Of a DNA stretch of 64,000 nt, positions 1-12,918 are shown in pieces. The position numbers and the translations under genes are program-made. Source of the stretch: the human T2T-CHM13v2.0 reference genome, Homo sapiens; NCBI RefSeq assembly GCF_009914755.1, contig NC_060934.1. One strand, written 5' to 3'. The notes under the pieces are model-generated. The model had not been told where the DNA came from, ran no database searches, and saw only the letters and a list, made by a program, of their open reading frames with translations. The first letter of the stretch is position 1, and each line of letters opens with the position of its first letter.

Positions 1-673
1 AGAATGTATTCCTGTCATTAAGCGATGCATAACTGTATATATAATCTGCAACAAGCAGGCTCTTAACATTGTTATCCATTCTATCCTCAGTTGTCTTTAT
101 TCTCCTTTATAATTTTGATACTTGGCAGGAATACTTTAGTTTTAAGTAAAATAGGTGCTCCCTAGGCCAGTTTACGTTAAAAACAAATAGGGAGTGGAAT
201 TTAGTAGTTTTTGCATGTGGGAAGTCAAGGGATAGAATTAACTTAGATGAAAATAGAATCAAAATATCAAAATATTATCAGGAACAAATCAAAAGCTCAA
301 AATGAGTTAGGTTTTCTTTTTCCATCTTTCTGTTTCTGTACTCATCCCCCTACCCAGGAAGGCATATTCTGCCTTGTGGCAAAGATGGCCTCCTGTATCT
401 TTAGGCTTATTATAATCTAATCCACCCACAGACAGCAGAAATTCTATTTTCCTAAAATATCATCAAGAGTGCTGAAGCTTGATCTAGAAAACCTTTGGTT
501 TAGGTTTCCTGGCCAGCCCTGACCTTTGACTCAGATGAGTTCATGCCCGACTTGAAGACCCTCACTTTGATCTGAGAGTGGGCTCAGTGCCATTAAAATG
601 TGTAGAAAAGAATGTGGGAGATGAAGAATTTTCAAAGGAAAATGAAGCTTCTTACACTAAAAAAGAAGATATT

Positions 674-1028
<355 letters not shown>

Positions 1029-1268
1029 CTATCCAGCTTTGACCAATTTGTCTTCTTGGGCAACATTTGGAGTCATTTGTGCACCAGACTTAATGCCCAA
1101 GTCTTTGTTTTCTGTTCTTTCTTGTTTCTTTTATTTGTCTTTCTTGTCCCCAGATTGCAAACTTCAGAAGGACTGTGCCTCTTCTGGGAAAAATGCAATA
1201 CACTCAGAATGAACAATACTTGTTTGGAACCAAATGTAGGTTTATATATTCCTCCTGCATATCAACAG

Positions 1269-1345
1269 CATCATCATGACCATCATCATCATCATCATCA
1301 TCTCCACCATCGTCACCATCACTGTTGTAAACATCATCATCATGA
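1269..1345. repeat. Imperfect (CAT)n microsatellite at the tail of a MIR
   Basis: catcatcatgaccatcatcatcatcatcatc... read directly; explains the poly-His/poly-Met ORFs. Confidence 0.9.
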
Positions 1346-1370
1346 TGATTATAATCATACACCCATTTCT

Positions 1371-1605
1371 TGAGTACTTAACATGTGTCAGGCCCTGGGT
1401 AAGTGCCTCTAAACATTGTCTCATTTTATCTTAATGATAAAACATTATCTCATTTTATTTTCACAATGGGGCAGGTTTCTTTATCTTTTTTCTTTCTTTC
1501 TTTTTTTTTTTTTTTTACAAATGAAAAACCTGAGGCTGAGGTTATTGTATGCAGAGCCAAGATTTGAGTTGGATTTGTCTGACTCCCAAAGCACTTTAAC
1601 ACTAA
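1371..1605 (-). mobile_element. MIR SINE
   Basis: gagtacttaacatgtgtcaggc...ttacaaatgaaaaacctgaggc...gtctgactcc matches the antisense MIR core. Confidence 0.75.
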
Positions 1606-1651
1606 TAATTTACTAAGTATTGAATATTAAAATTATTTTTTCTGTTTTTAG

Positions 1652-1830
1652 AGCACTGTTATTCAACATACAGTTTGAGGACCACCTATGACAACATTGC
1701 TTGGGGTTGTATGCTAAAAATTCAGATTCCTGAGCTTTATCCAGAAATATGGAATCAGAAACTTTGGGAGTAGAGTTGAATCATATGTCTCTCACATAAT
1801 TCTTACTAAACTCTGAGAATCATTGTTCAG
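1652..1830. mobile_element. MER5-like hAT-Charlie MITE
   Basis: aaaaattcagattcctgag...gaatcagaaactttgggagt...ctgagaatcattg resembles MER5A/B. Confidence 0.55.
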
Positions 1831-2124
1831 GGAGTAGAAGATTTCCCATCTTCATGACTGTCTTCAATTCTTTGGTCACGTCCTTATAATTGTTCTCACA
1901 ATAGCCATAATTTTTATAAGCTAAGCAATATGGTATATGGTGAAATCAAAAGAGAGCTACTGGAGAAGGGAGAAGCCAGGAACAGGCATGGCCAAGGTCA
2001 GGAGAAGCAATCTATGAAGTTCAAATTTGTGTTTATAATGTGTGAGAAACTCAAGCTCATTTGGAAAAGCTCTAAATTAGCGCAGCATTTGGCATGACTG
2101 ACTCATTCCCATCCTTCAGTTCTT

Positions 2125-2370
2125 ATGTAGTTTATTCTAGTGTACTTCATCATCCTTATTATTTCCTTCATAATATTTATTCAAATCTGTAATTATTTAT
2201 TTATTTGCTAGATGTGTTAATTATCTGCCTATCCAATTAGAAGCTAACTTCCATGAGGACAAGATGAGGACAAGGGGTTTGACTTTGCTGAGGAAAGTCA
2301 CCATGAAATTCACAGAGCCTAGCCCATGTTTGTAATCTTACAGATACTCAAAAATATTTGTCAAAAAATG
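2125..2370 (+). mobile_element. L2 3' end fragment
   Basis: cttccatgaggacaag...cacagagcctagc...actcaaaaatatttgt is the L2 terminal motif. Confidence 0.6.
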
Positions 2371-2851
2371 CACCAATAATCTAGTGGAAGAGGCACGGCC
2401 ATAGCAACCTTCCGGGAATGACCTAAAGTGAGACATCAGTTGGTTTTGTGGATTGAAATGCTTTATACTGTTTGAAGTCAAGCCTCAGCAAACATGTGGG
2501 AAAATCAGAACAGTGTCCAGGCACCACTTAGAATAATTGAGTGGGTAGGATCCAGGGTAGGGCTCTGATCCAAACAGAGGTCTGAACCAAGCCAGAGGCC
2601 AGATTGAGGAAATGTAATAGAGATTATGGGAAAATAAATTGGATTGGCCCATAGCATGCTAGATGCTGGATTTAGGTAAGATGTCATTGTGCTTATGACT
2701 AGCATAGGCTGTACCTACATATTCTATTGGCTGGGCCAGGACCAATGAAAGAATGCATAGGCCAAAGCCTGAAGTGTATAGTTGTTAGTGTTGAACCATA
2801 AGAAAATTCTCTTAACCTTTTTTTAATAAACTTTTATTTTAGGTTCAGGGG

Positions 2852-2923
2852 TATAACTGCCCAAAGGGTTCACCTTGCCTGTTGCCTAGACAGAGCCAAT
2901 TCATCAAGACAGGGGAATTGCAA
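2852..2923 (-). mobile_element. Remnant (terminal 72 bp) of the 3' LTR8
   Basis: Aligns ungapped to 8841-8912 with 11 mismatches in 72 nt; preceded by the GGGG TSD. Confidence 0.9.
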
Positions 2924-5900
2924 CTTAGGCTTTTTAAATTGGCTTTGATGGAACTCCATTCCATGAAGAATTTTAGATAAGACTTTTTAAAAGCCAAGCC
3001 CAGCCATGGGTTTTTATCCTTAAATACCTATGAGTTGAGCAAAGTCTTCTTCTTTTGAGGTCCCAAGATAACTTGGGGTTCCTGAGCCTGTTAGAAAGTG
3101 ACATTTTTTACTTACCACAAGTCAGGAACCTTGTATAGAGACTCTGTGTGGACAAGGTATGAGGCCAGATTTCCCAATGGGCTTTAATTAGCTTTATAAG
3201 TCAACTTTGATTCTTTAAAGGGTGCATGCCATTTTAGGCAAAGCCTTGGTAAAATGATCAATGTTTTCAATGGTGTCCTGTTACAAAAGAAAACAGATCG
3301 TTATTGCACTTATGCAATTAAGTATACTGCCATAAATTGGGAATACTCACAAATGGTTTCCAAATTCTAGAGAAATTAAGTAGAGGGAAAAAATATGCTT
3401 CAAAATTTTTCAAAGGAGTGTATTTTACTCACTTGCTAAAAGTTGCAAATAGCTTTAAAGAAATAAATTATCTTGACTCTGAAAACAAAAGGATTAGCAA
3501 TGTTTAACACATTAGCTCTCCATGAGAGTCCTAGAAGTTTTTCTTTTTCCTTTATTTCAATAGCACAATTTTTAAAGTTATTTGAGACTTGCATTCACAG
3601 TTTTATATCTGATTATAAACTGTCTTTTGAAAAGGACCAAAGCAAGACAAAATGTCTGTGGAAGACAAAAGTCTATAGCCACTATTAAAGCTACAATTGA
3701 CTAGTAATTTTGGTTAATTTTGTGGCATACAACAATTTTACATAACAATTATAATTATTAATAATGTACACTAAAGTATATTAGAATTATATGAGTTACC
3801 CATAAGTTTTAGAACACATACTAATAACATATTTATACAAATATAGTTTAAAGAAAACCAAACACCATTCACTTTTTTATTTGAAAGTTTTCTAATATCA
3901 TAATCTCCAGAGTTATTAATCAGAAACTTGCATTTAAGAGTACGTATTAAATTTTATAGCTGATTATAAAACCATTTTTTAAGAGGACCAAAATGAGACA
4001 ACAATTGTCTTTGGATGACAAAATCACTTTAGGGCAGCCACTGTTAAGGACAGGATTGACAAGGAAATTAGTTACCTCTGTGGCACACAACCATTTAACA
4101 TAATTATAATTATTACTGACAACATATATTAAGTCATATTAGAATTATAGGAGTTTTACAAAATTTTGCAGCATATGCCAATAATACATTTATACAAATA
4201 TAGTCCAAAGAACGCTAAACACCATTTAATATTTGACAATGTTTCCTGTATGATTTTTATACGGAATAAGCCAAATGTTATTTCTGGACTTTAGAGGACC
4301 TAATATTTAAAAGATTAAGCTAGAAAGAGACATAATTTACAATTTGATTTTGGAAAGTTTGTCAAATATCAAAAGTTTAGAATACTGGATATCACGAAAT
4401 AGAATCTCAGGTCACCATAAGTCATTCATTTGGCCAAAATGATAATTTCAAAATCTTAAAAAGAAAAACCTTTACTCTGATAGAGGAGACTTAGCTTTCC
4501 AAACAAGACCCAATAAAAATAACATGAGGCTAACTGAAATTGTCTCTTTTTTCTCCTTCCTTTTTCCCCTGCCATTTACCCAAAGGAGAAAACAAAAATC
4601 TTTCATTATTTTTTAATATTACATACCAATTGTCTTCAAAAGAGAAAACCAAATTTCATGCTGGCATTAGTGCATCTTTAATGTTAAAGCTAGTTTTTTA
4701 AAATAAAATTTTATATCTTCATCCAGTTTTAATTAGTTTGACCATAACGTAACATTTTCATAAACTTTTTAGAACCCTTTACAATTTTCCATCAAATAGC
4801 AGATCAGTTTTTAAGAAAACCCTGTTATTCGGACACATGGGCCCAGATTCTGGCCCCATATCAGTGTGATTTTAATGTTTTAACCTGCGGAAAAAGCTAA
4901 TTTTTTTTTTAATCTTAGCCAACTTGTTTTTACCCACAGAATTTTTTTTTCAAGATTAATCCTTTATAAATCCTTTTTATTTTGCTTAAACCTTCAGTTT
5001 TGTTCTATTACTTTTTTAATTGAAGAAAGTCTTTAAAACCCTCTGTATTAGACAAAATTACATTCCCTTTAACAAAAACCATATTCCTATGCCTTTTTAT
5101 AATTTTTTACCAAAAACACATTCCTTATACACCTTGTATGTAAAACTGTCTCTTTAGTAAACTTAATTTCATGTTATAATGTTAACTCTTAGCAACTTTT
5201 ATTTTTAGTGAAAAACCTGATAAGTAAGCGATTTTAATTATATACTGGGGTAGAGCTAGGGCATGAGACAGAAGTGAAGATAAAGTCTGGCTTTTTTCAG
5301 CATAGCTAGGGGCATGGCTTTCCACATGTCCCCAGGCCTTATCTTTAGTTTAATGATTCAAAGTAGGTAAACTGAACAATTTTCAAAAGTTAAGGAAACA
5401 GTCTGACCTTAAAGCATTTAGCAAATCTGATATCTGACCTTAATTTAGACCAAATATCTTTATTTTCAAGACATTTTAGTAATAATCTTTACAACTGTCT
5501 TTATTTCCAAAAGATTACTAAACTGATGTGAACAAAAAGGCATTAGTTTCTATTTTTTGACAAAATATTCGATTTAAGCACTTTTAAAGCCTATTAATCA
5601 GAGCTTTTTAATACATAAACATTATACACACACAACACATATACAGACAGAAGATTTAGCACCTGTAATATTTTTCATTTGCCAGTTTCTTTTTTTTTCT
5701 ATTGATAACTCTTTTTATTTTTATTTTTTATTTATTTATTTTTTTAACCTTTCTTTTTTTATTATTATACTTTAAGTTTTAGGGTACATGGGCACAATGT
5801 GCCGGTTAGTTACATATGTATACATGTGCCATGCTGGTGTGCTGCACCCATTAACTCGTCATTTAGCATTAGGTATATCTCCTAATGCTATCCCTCCCCC

Positions 5901-8840
5901 CTCCCCCCACCCCACAACAGTCCCCAGAGTGTGATGTTCTCCTTCCTCTGTCCATGTGTTCTCATTTCTTAATTGGACTACTGGTTCAGAGTGGAGCCCT
6001 TGGAGGAACAGGGCCAGGAAAGCATGAATTTTTAGGGCCTAATCACAACTGAAGGCAAAGACAGAGCCCCAGAATTAAGGGTGCCATTTTATACTGGATC
6101 CTGGATCCTCAAAAGGAGGGAAATACTTCAGGAGAAGACAGAGCAGTACTTTTACCAGCTGTGCATTTTATCGCAAGGCAACTTAAAGCTAGTCAGCCCA
6201 TTTTGTAATTAGACCATCCCCCATGGGGGGGGGTCTCATCTCTCAGTGGGGGTGGGGATGTTTCCATATCTTCCAGGTGGCCAAGAGCATGCTTCTTTGA
6301 TCCAAGGGTACAAAGAGTCAAGTATTCCTCCATAGCTACTGTTAACCATCTCCTAAAGTATATTTTACACTAGTTATTACACACCAAAGCCCTCTTATAA
6401 TGAGAGGTAATTTCTGATAGCCCTAAAACTCAAAACCGTCAGATAACACAAGGCAAAACAGAAGAGAGCCTTTGATTTTGAGAGGGATCTATCTGCTTTT
6501 AATTCTTGGGCTTTCATGAGGAAAACAGAGCTTTTTTTCTAAAACAGGGTCTGTGGTGGTTCCTGTTTTTTCCAAGGAGTCCCAGGCTACCAGAAGTCAT
6601 CTTAGGGCCTCTTATGTATGCATTAAGATTGGGAAGACAAAAAATGGAGAAAAATAATTCAGTCAACTGAGAAGAAAAGAACTTTTTCCAGAAAAAACAA
6701 GATCCAAGAAGCGAAAAATGTAAAAGTCTTTTAAATATATCTGTAGCTTGTTTATCCACTTTTAATTTAGCTGACTTTTTAACCATAGCTGTCTTAAAAA
6801 AAATCCTTTTAAATCTTTTATTACGTGACTTTAGCCACGTCAAGCAGCCAATATATTTGGCTTTTGAATTCTACCACAGGCAACTTCCCACATGAAATTA
6901 GTAAGTTTTAACTAAGGTTATAACTTAACCATGGACACACAGGTGTCTCAAAGAGATGATAAGCAGTTTCTTTCTTTCTTTCTTTTTTTTTTTTTTACAA
7001 GATTTAGAATCTCCCCCAGGGTAGTTTAGAGAAAGGAAAATTCAAGACGGGAAATCAGAAGCTATCCGTGCTGGGGGGCAGGAGGGGGAACCTTAATAAA
7101 TGGCAAAGTTACACAAATAAAAAACCAGAAAGGAATCATTCTGGAAGCCAAGAATAGAACCCAGGGTGCCATTGTCAAAAGGCAAAGCCTTAGCTACTGA
7201 GTTACAGCAGTGAGCAATTTTTATTGTTCTCCCCAGAAGGAGCCTAGAAAAGCCAATACCAAGCTTGCAAAGGCTTTTAACTGCTTAAGAACAATCTTAG
7301 GGCTAACTATGACATGAATCCCCAAATTCCTGTCTTCTAGGTGCCAGAAACCAAGAGAAAATATCCCCACATGGTCACGGGGTTAAGCTCTTAGAGACAC
7401 AAAACAAGACAGAGAAATTTCATCCGGTGTTGGTTTCAGGGACCCACTGCAAAGTTTGTAACTGACCAGCGCACTGGGCTGGCTTAAAAATCAGGCTTAT
7501 AGGGGTCCTAAACCCACATTCTATTCTGTGATGCTCCTTTTTTAAATTACAGAACACAGAAAGGCAAATTCCTAGCACAAAGTGCACTAGGATTTGCTAC
7601 TGCTTAAGCCTAGTCTTACAAATCTTTTTTCTATTAATCAAACCCTTGCAGAGAGACAAAGAGTGACATTTACAGTTTACCCAGAGAAAGAGAGAGAGAG
7701 AGGCCAGAAACTTGGCTGGTAAGAATTTCTTACCTTTTTTGCAATCATGCCAGGTTTCTGAGCTCTCTTTCTCTGTAGCTTCCAGAACAGAGTGGCTTCT
7801 AATGACCCTGCTCACTGCATCATAGCTGTGGGGTTCAGGCCACTTTACAAGAGAAAATCGCCCTTTCCTATTTTATGGAACCATAGGCAAGATTCTTAAT
7901 TTGCAAGATGCTGCCCAATGGGCTGCATAGGGAACTGAATTAACATTTTTCATCCTAGCAAAATACACATAACAAAACAAATATTAGTCACCTCGTTCAG
8001 GACCCAATATCAAACTGGTAAAGCTCAAATTTTTTCCTGTTGGTTCCTGTTTATGTTCCACTCCAGGTGGGGAGGGATGACCTCTGAATGGTAATTCACA
8101 ATGGAGCCTCTGGACAAGGCAAATAGAGTCACCCGGAGAGACAGGCCTGTTGAGCTTTCTTTAGGGCTCACTGAATGTAACCAGACAAATAAAAAGGATT
8201 TCTGAGTTAGGTTCAATTAGCAACCCCTTCTGAGATCCCTTCCACATATACAAACACACACAAAGATGCGACAGACAGAAGGCCTTCCAAATCAGATCCC
8301 TAACCAAGAACTCCAAGAGTATCCCTTCCAAATTATTCTCCATCTGAGAAACCTCCTCAAAATCTTCCTGATTGAGGATAAGTCTCCCAAACCAAGGCTC
8401 TTCCTACTAGTTAGAAAGAACCTACCGAGACCCCCCAGGAGCCCAACAGACGTCCCACAATGGGGTTACAGACCCAGACACTCCATGGTGGAGTTACAAA
8501 CCGATATCCTGCAATGGGGCTACAGACACCACACCATAGGGCTACTAAACCAGTCAGGAGAAGGAAGGAGGTGTTGGCAGCACCTAAGATACTCATCAAC
8601 CCTACAATGGGGCTACAGACAGACATCTTATGATAGGGCTACAGTTAAGGGACATCTCCCCGTGACTATTTCTCCATTGCAAGTAAATCCATGCATGTTG
8701 GATCAGCAGCACCCCGCCAGTAGAGAGAGTACCAGAGTCAGTCCCCAGTCCAAGAGAAATAGGCAGCCAGCCACTTGGGCTGGCTTCTGGATCCATCACT
8801 CAAGGGGGGCCACCAAACTATGGGCAGGTAGCCACAAATT
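2924..8840 (-). mobile_element. ERV1 internal region associated with LTR8 (HUERS-P1/MER4-group-like), non-coding
   Basis: Lies between two LTR8 copies; AT-rich with no retroviral ORF; leader repeats caatggggctacagac at ~8458-8645. Confidence 0.8.
5692..5964 (-). mobile_element. 5'-truncated young L1 (L1PA3-like) 3'UTR with composite A-tail
   Basis: ttattatactttaagttttagggtacatg...ccattaactcgtcatttagcattaggtatatctcctaatg; TSD tttctt; endonuclease site TT/AAGA. Confidence 0.9.
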
Positions 8841-9510
8841 TGTAACAGCCCAAGGGGTTCACCTTGCCTGCTGCCTACACAGAGTAGATTAATCAAGATA
8901 GGGAAATTGCAATACAGAAAGAGTAATTCACACAGAGCCGGCCATGCAGGAGACTAGAGTTTTATTATTACTCAAATCAGTCTCCTGGAGCATTCGTGGA
9001 GCCAAATTTTTAAGAACAACTTGGTAGGGATGGGGTGGCGGGGAGCCAGTAAGCCAGGAGTGCTAATCGGTCAGGGGTGAAATCATAGTCTTCTTTCACT
9101 GAGTCAGTTCCTGGATGGGGACCACAAGATCAGATGAGCCAGTTTATCCATGTAGGTGGTGCCCCGATCCATCAAGTGCAGGGTCTGCAAAATACCTCAA
9201 GTGCTGATCTTAGGAGCAGTTTAGGGTGGGTCAGAATCTTGTAACCTCCAGCTTCATGACTCCTAAACCATAATTTCTAATCCTATAGCTAATGTTAGTC
9301 TAGTCCCCAGGCAAGAAGTAAGGTCTACTTTGGGAAAGGGCTGTTACCGTCTTTGTTTAAACTATAAACTACAAAGTAAGTTTCTCCCAAAGTTAGTTCA
9401 GCCTACGCCCAGGAATGAACAAAGACAGCTTGGAGGTTAGAAGCAAAATAGTGTCGGTTAAATTAGATCTCTTTCACTGTCTCAGTCATAATTTTGCTAA
9501 GGCTGTTTCA
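8841..9510 (-). mobile_element. LTR8, complete 5' LTR of the provirus
   Basis: Minus strand begins TGAAACAGCCTTAGCAAAATTATGACTGAGACAGTGAAAGAGATCTAA and ends ...GGGCTGTTACA; followed on + by the GGGG TSD (9511-9514). Confidence 0.9.
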
Positions 9511-12500
9511 GGGGTATATGTGCAGATTTGTTATATAGGTAAGTTGAAAGTCATGGGGGATTGGTGTACAGATTATTTCATCATCCATGTAATAAGCATA
9601 GTACCTGATAGATAGTTTTTTTATCCTAACCCTTTCCCCACCCTCAACCTTCAAGTAGGTCTGTTGTTCCCTTTTTTGTGTCCCTATATACTCAATGTTC
9701 AGCTCCCACTTATAGGTGAGGTATTTGGATTTCCGTTCCTGTGTTATTTGCTTAGGATAATGGCCTCCAGCTCCATCCTTATTGCTGCAGTGGGCATGAT
9801 CTCATTCATTTTTATGGTTGTGTTGTATTCAGTGGTGTTTATGTACCACATTTTCATTATCCATTCTACATTGATGGGCATTTAGGTTGACTCCATGTCT
9901 TTGCTATTGTGAATAGTTCTGTGATGAACATAAACGTGCAGATGTCTTTATGGTAGAATGATTTATATTCCTTTGGGTATATACCCCAAAATGGGATTGC
10001 TGGGTTGAATGGTAATTCTATTTTAACTTCTTTGAGAAATCACAAAACTGCTTTCCACAATGACGGAACTAATTTACATTCCCACTAGCATGGTATAAGT
10101 ATTCCCTTTTCTCCACAACCTCGCCAGCATCTGTTGTTTTTTGACTTTTTAATAATAGCTATTCTGACTGGTATGAGATGGTTATCTAATCGTGGCTTTG
10201 ATTGGCATTTCTCTAATGATTTAGTGAGTTTGAGCATTTTTTCATGTGCTTGTTGGCTATGTGTATGTCTTCTTTTGAGAAGTGTCTGTTCATATCCTTT
10301 GCCCACTTTCTAATCGAGTTGTTGGTTGGTGTTTTTGCTTGTTAACTGGTTTAAGTTTCTTATAGATTCTAGATATTACACCTTTGTCAGATGCATAGTT
10401 TGCAAATATTTTCCCCTGTCTGTTTAATCTGTTGAAATTGTATTTTGCCGTGCAGCAGCTCCTTAGTTTAATTTGGTCCCACTTGTTTATTTTTGTTTTG
10501 TGCAATTGCTTTTAGCATGTTTTTCATGAAATCTTTGCCAGGTCCTATGCCCAGAATGGTATCTCATAGGTAGTCTTTGAGGATTTTTATAGTTTTAGGA
10601 CTTATATTTAAGTCTTTAATCCATCTTGAATTGATTTTTTGTATTTGGTGTAAGGACAGGAGTCTAGCTTCAGCCTTCTGCAATGGCTAGCCAGTTATTC
10701 CAGCACCATTTATTCGATAGGGAGTCCTTTCCCCATTGCTTCTTTTTGTCAATTTTGTCAATGATCAGATGGTTGTAGGTGGGCAGCATTATCTGTGGGC
10801 TCTCCATGCTGTTCCATTCCTCTATGTGTCTGTTTTTGTACTAGTACTATGCTATTTTGATTACTGTGGCCTTGTAGTATAGTTTAAAGTTGGGTAACAT
10901 GATCCCTCTTTACTCATTCTTTTTGCTTAGGATTCTTCTTAGCTAAAAACAAAAACCACATGATCATCTCAATAGATGATCATGCTTAGCTTAGTGCGCT
11001 TGGCTTTATTCTTTTTGCTTAGAATTGTCTTGGCTATTGGGACTCTTTTTTGTTCCATAAGAATTTTAAAATAGTTTTTTTCTAATTCTCTGAAGAATGT
11101 CATTGGTAGTTTGATAGGAATAGCATTGAATCTGTAAACTGCTTTGGGCAGTATGGCCATTTTACCAACATTGATTTTTCCTATCCATCAGCATGGAATG
11201 CTTTTCCATTTGTTTGTGTCATCTCTGATTTTTTTGAGCAGCGTTTTGTAATTCTCGTTGTAGAGATCTTTCACCACCCTTGTTAGCTATATTCCTAGCT
11301 ATTTTATTTTTCTGTGGCAATGGTGAATGGAATTTCATTCTTGATTTGGCTCTCAGTTTGGATATTGTCGGTGCATAGGAGTGCTACTGATTTTTTAAAT
11401 ATTTATTTTTGTATCCTGAAACTTGCTGAAGTTGTTTATTAGATAAAGAAGCTTTGGGGAGGAGACTTTGGGGTTTTCTAGGTATATAATTATATTATCT
11501 GCAAACAAAAATAGTTTAACTTCTTATTTTTCTATTTAGATTACTTTTATTTCTTTCTCTTGCCTGATTGCTCTGGCTAGGACTTTCAGTACTATGATGA
11601 ATAGGAGTGGTGAGAGAAGGCATCCTTGTTTTGTTCTGATTTTCAATGGGAATACTTCCAACTTTTGCCCATTCAGTATGATGTTGGCTGTAGGTTTGTC
11701 ATAGATGGCTCTTCTTATTTTGAGGTATGTTGCTTCACTGCCAAGTTTTCTGAGGGTTTTTAACACGAAGGGATGTTGAATTCTATCAAAAGCCTTTTCT
11801 ACAATCTATTGAGATAATAATGTGGTTTTTGTTTTCAGTTTTATGTAATAAATCACATTTATTGATTTATGTATGTTGAATCAATCTTGCATCCCAGGTA
11901 TGAAGCCTACTTTATCATGGTGGATTAACTTTTTGATGTGCTGCTGTATTTGGTTTGCTAGATTTTGTTGAGGATTTCTAGTGTGTATGTTCATCAAGGA
12001 TATTGACCTGAAGTTTTCTTTTTTTGCTGTGTCTCTGCCAGGTTTTGGTATCAGAATAATGCTGGCCTCATAGAATAAGTTAGGGAGGAGTCCTTCCTCC
12101 TCAATATTTTGAAATAGTTTCAGTAGGACAGGTACCAGCTCTTCTTTATACATCTGGTAGAATTTGGCTGCAAATTTGTCTGGTCCTGAGCTTTTTCCGG
12201 TTGGTAGGCTTTTTATTATGGATTCAATTTTGGAACTCATTATTAGTCTGTTCATGGTGTCAATTTCTTCCTGGTTCAATCTTGGGAGATTGTATGTTTC
12301 CAGTAATTTATCCATTTCTTCTAGGTTTCCTAGTTTGTCTGCATAGAGGTGTTTGTAATAGTCTCTGAGGATTTTTTGTGTTTCTGTGGAATTAGTGGTA
12401 ACGTCCCTTTTGTCATTTCTGTTTGTTTATTTGGATCTTCTCACTTTTTAAAAACATTAGTCTAGCTAGTGGTCTATCTAATTTACCCTTTCAAAAAACT

Positions 12501-12626
12501 AACTTGTGGATTCATTGACCTTTTGTATGATTTTTCACATCTGAATTTCCTTCAGTTCAGCTCTGATTTTGGTTATTTCTTGTTTTCTGCTAGTTTTAGT
12601 GTTGGTTTGCTCTTGGTTCTTTAGTT

Positions 12627-12918
12627 CAGTTGTCCCCAGCCTTTTGGCACCAGGGACTGGTTTCGTGGAAGACAATTTTTCCATAGATGGGGGTTGGTGG
12701 ATAGTTTTGAACAAACTGTTCCACCTCAGATCATCATGCATTAGGTAGATTCCCATAAGGAGTGTGCAACATGCATTCCTTGCATGTTCAGTTCACAATA
12801 GGGTTCATGCTCCTGAGAAGCTTAAGCCATGACTGATCTGACAGAAGGTGGAGCTCAGGTGGTAATGCTCACTTGTCTGCCACTTACCTCCTGCTATGCG
12901 GCCTGGTTCCTAACGGGC
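12627..12918. mobile_element. MER1B hAT-Charlie DNA transposon, one end deleted
   Basis: cagttgtccccagccttttggcaccagggactggtttcgtggaagacaatttttcc...gcctggttcctaacgggc; the second TIR is missing. Confidence 0.85.

Noticed and set aside
8266-8892. 208-aa ORF with repeated QWGYR motif
   Set aside because: Antisense to the ERV leader; the motif is the translation of the caatggggctacagac leader repeat
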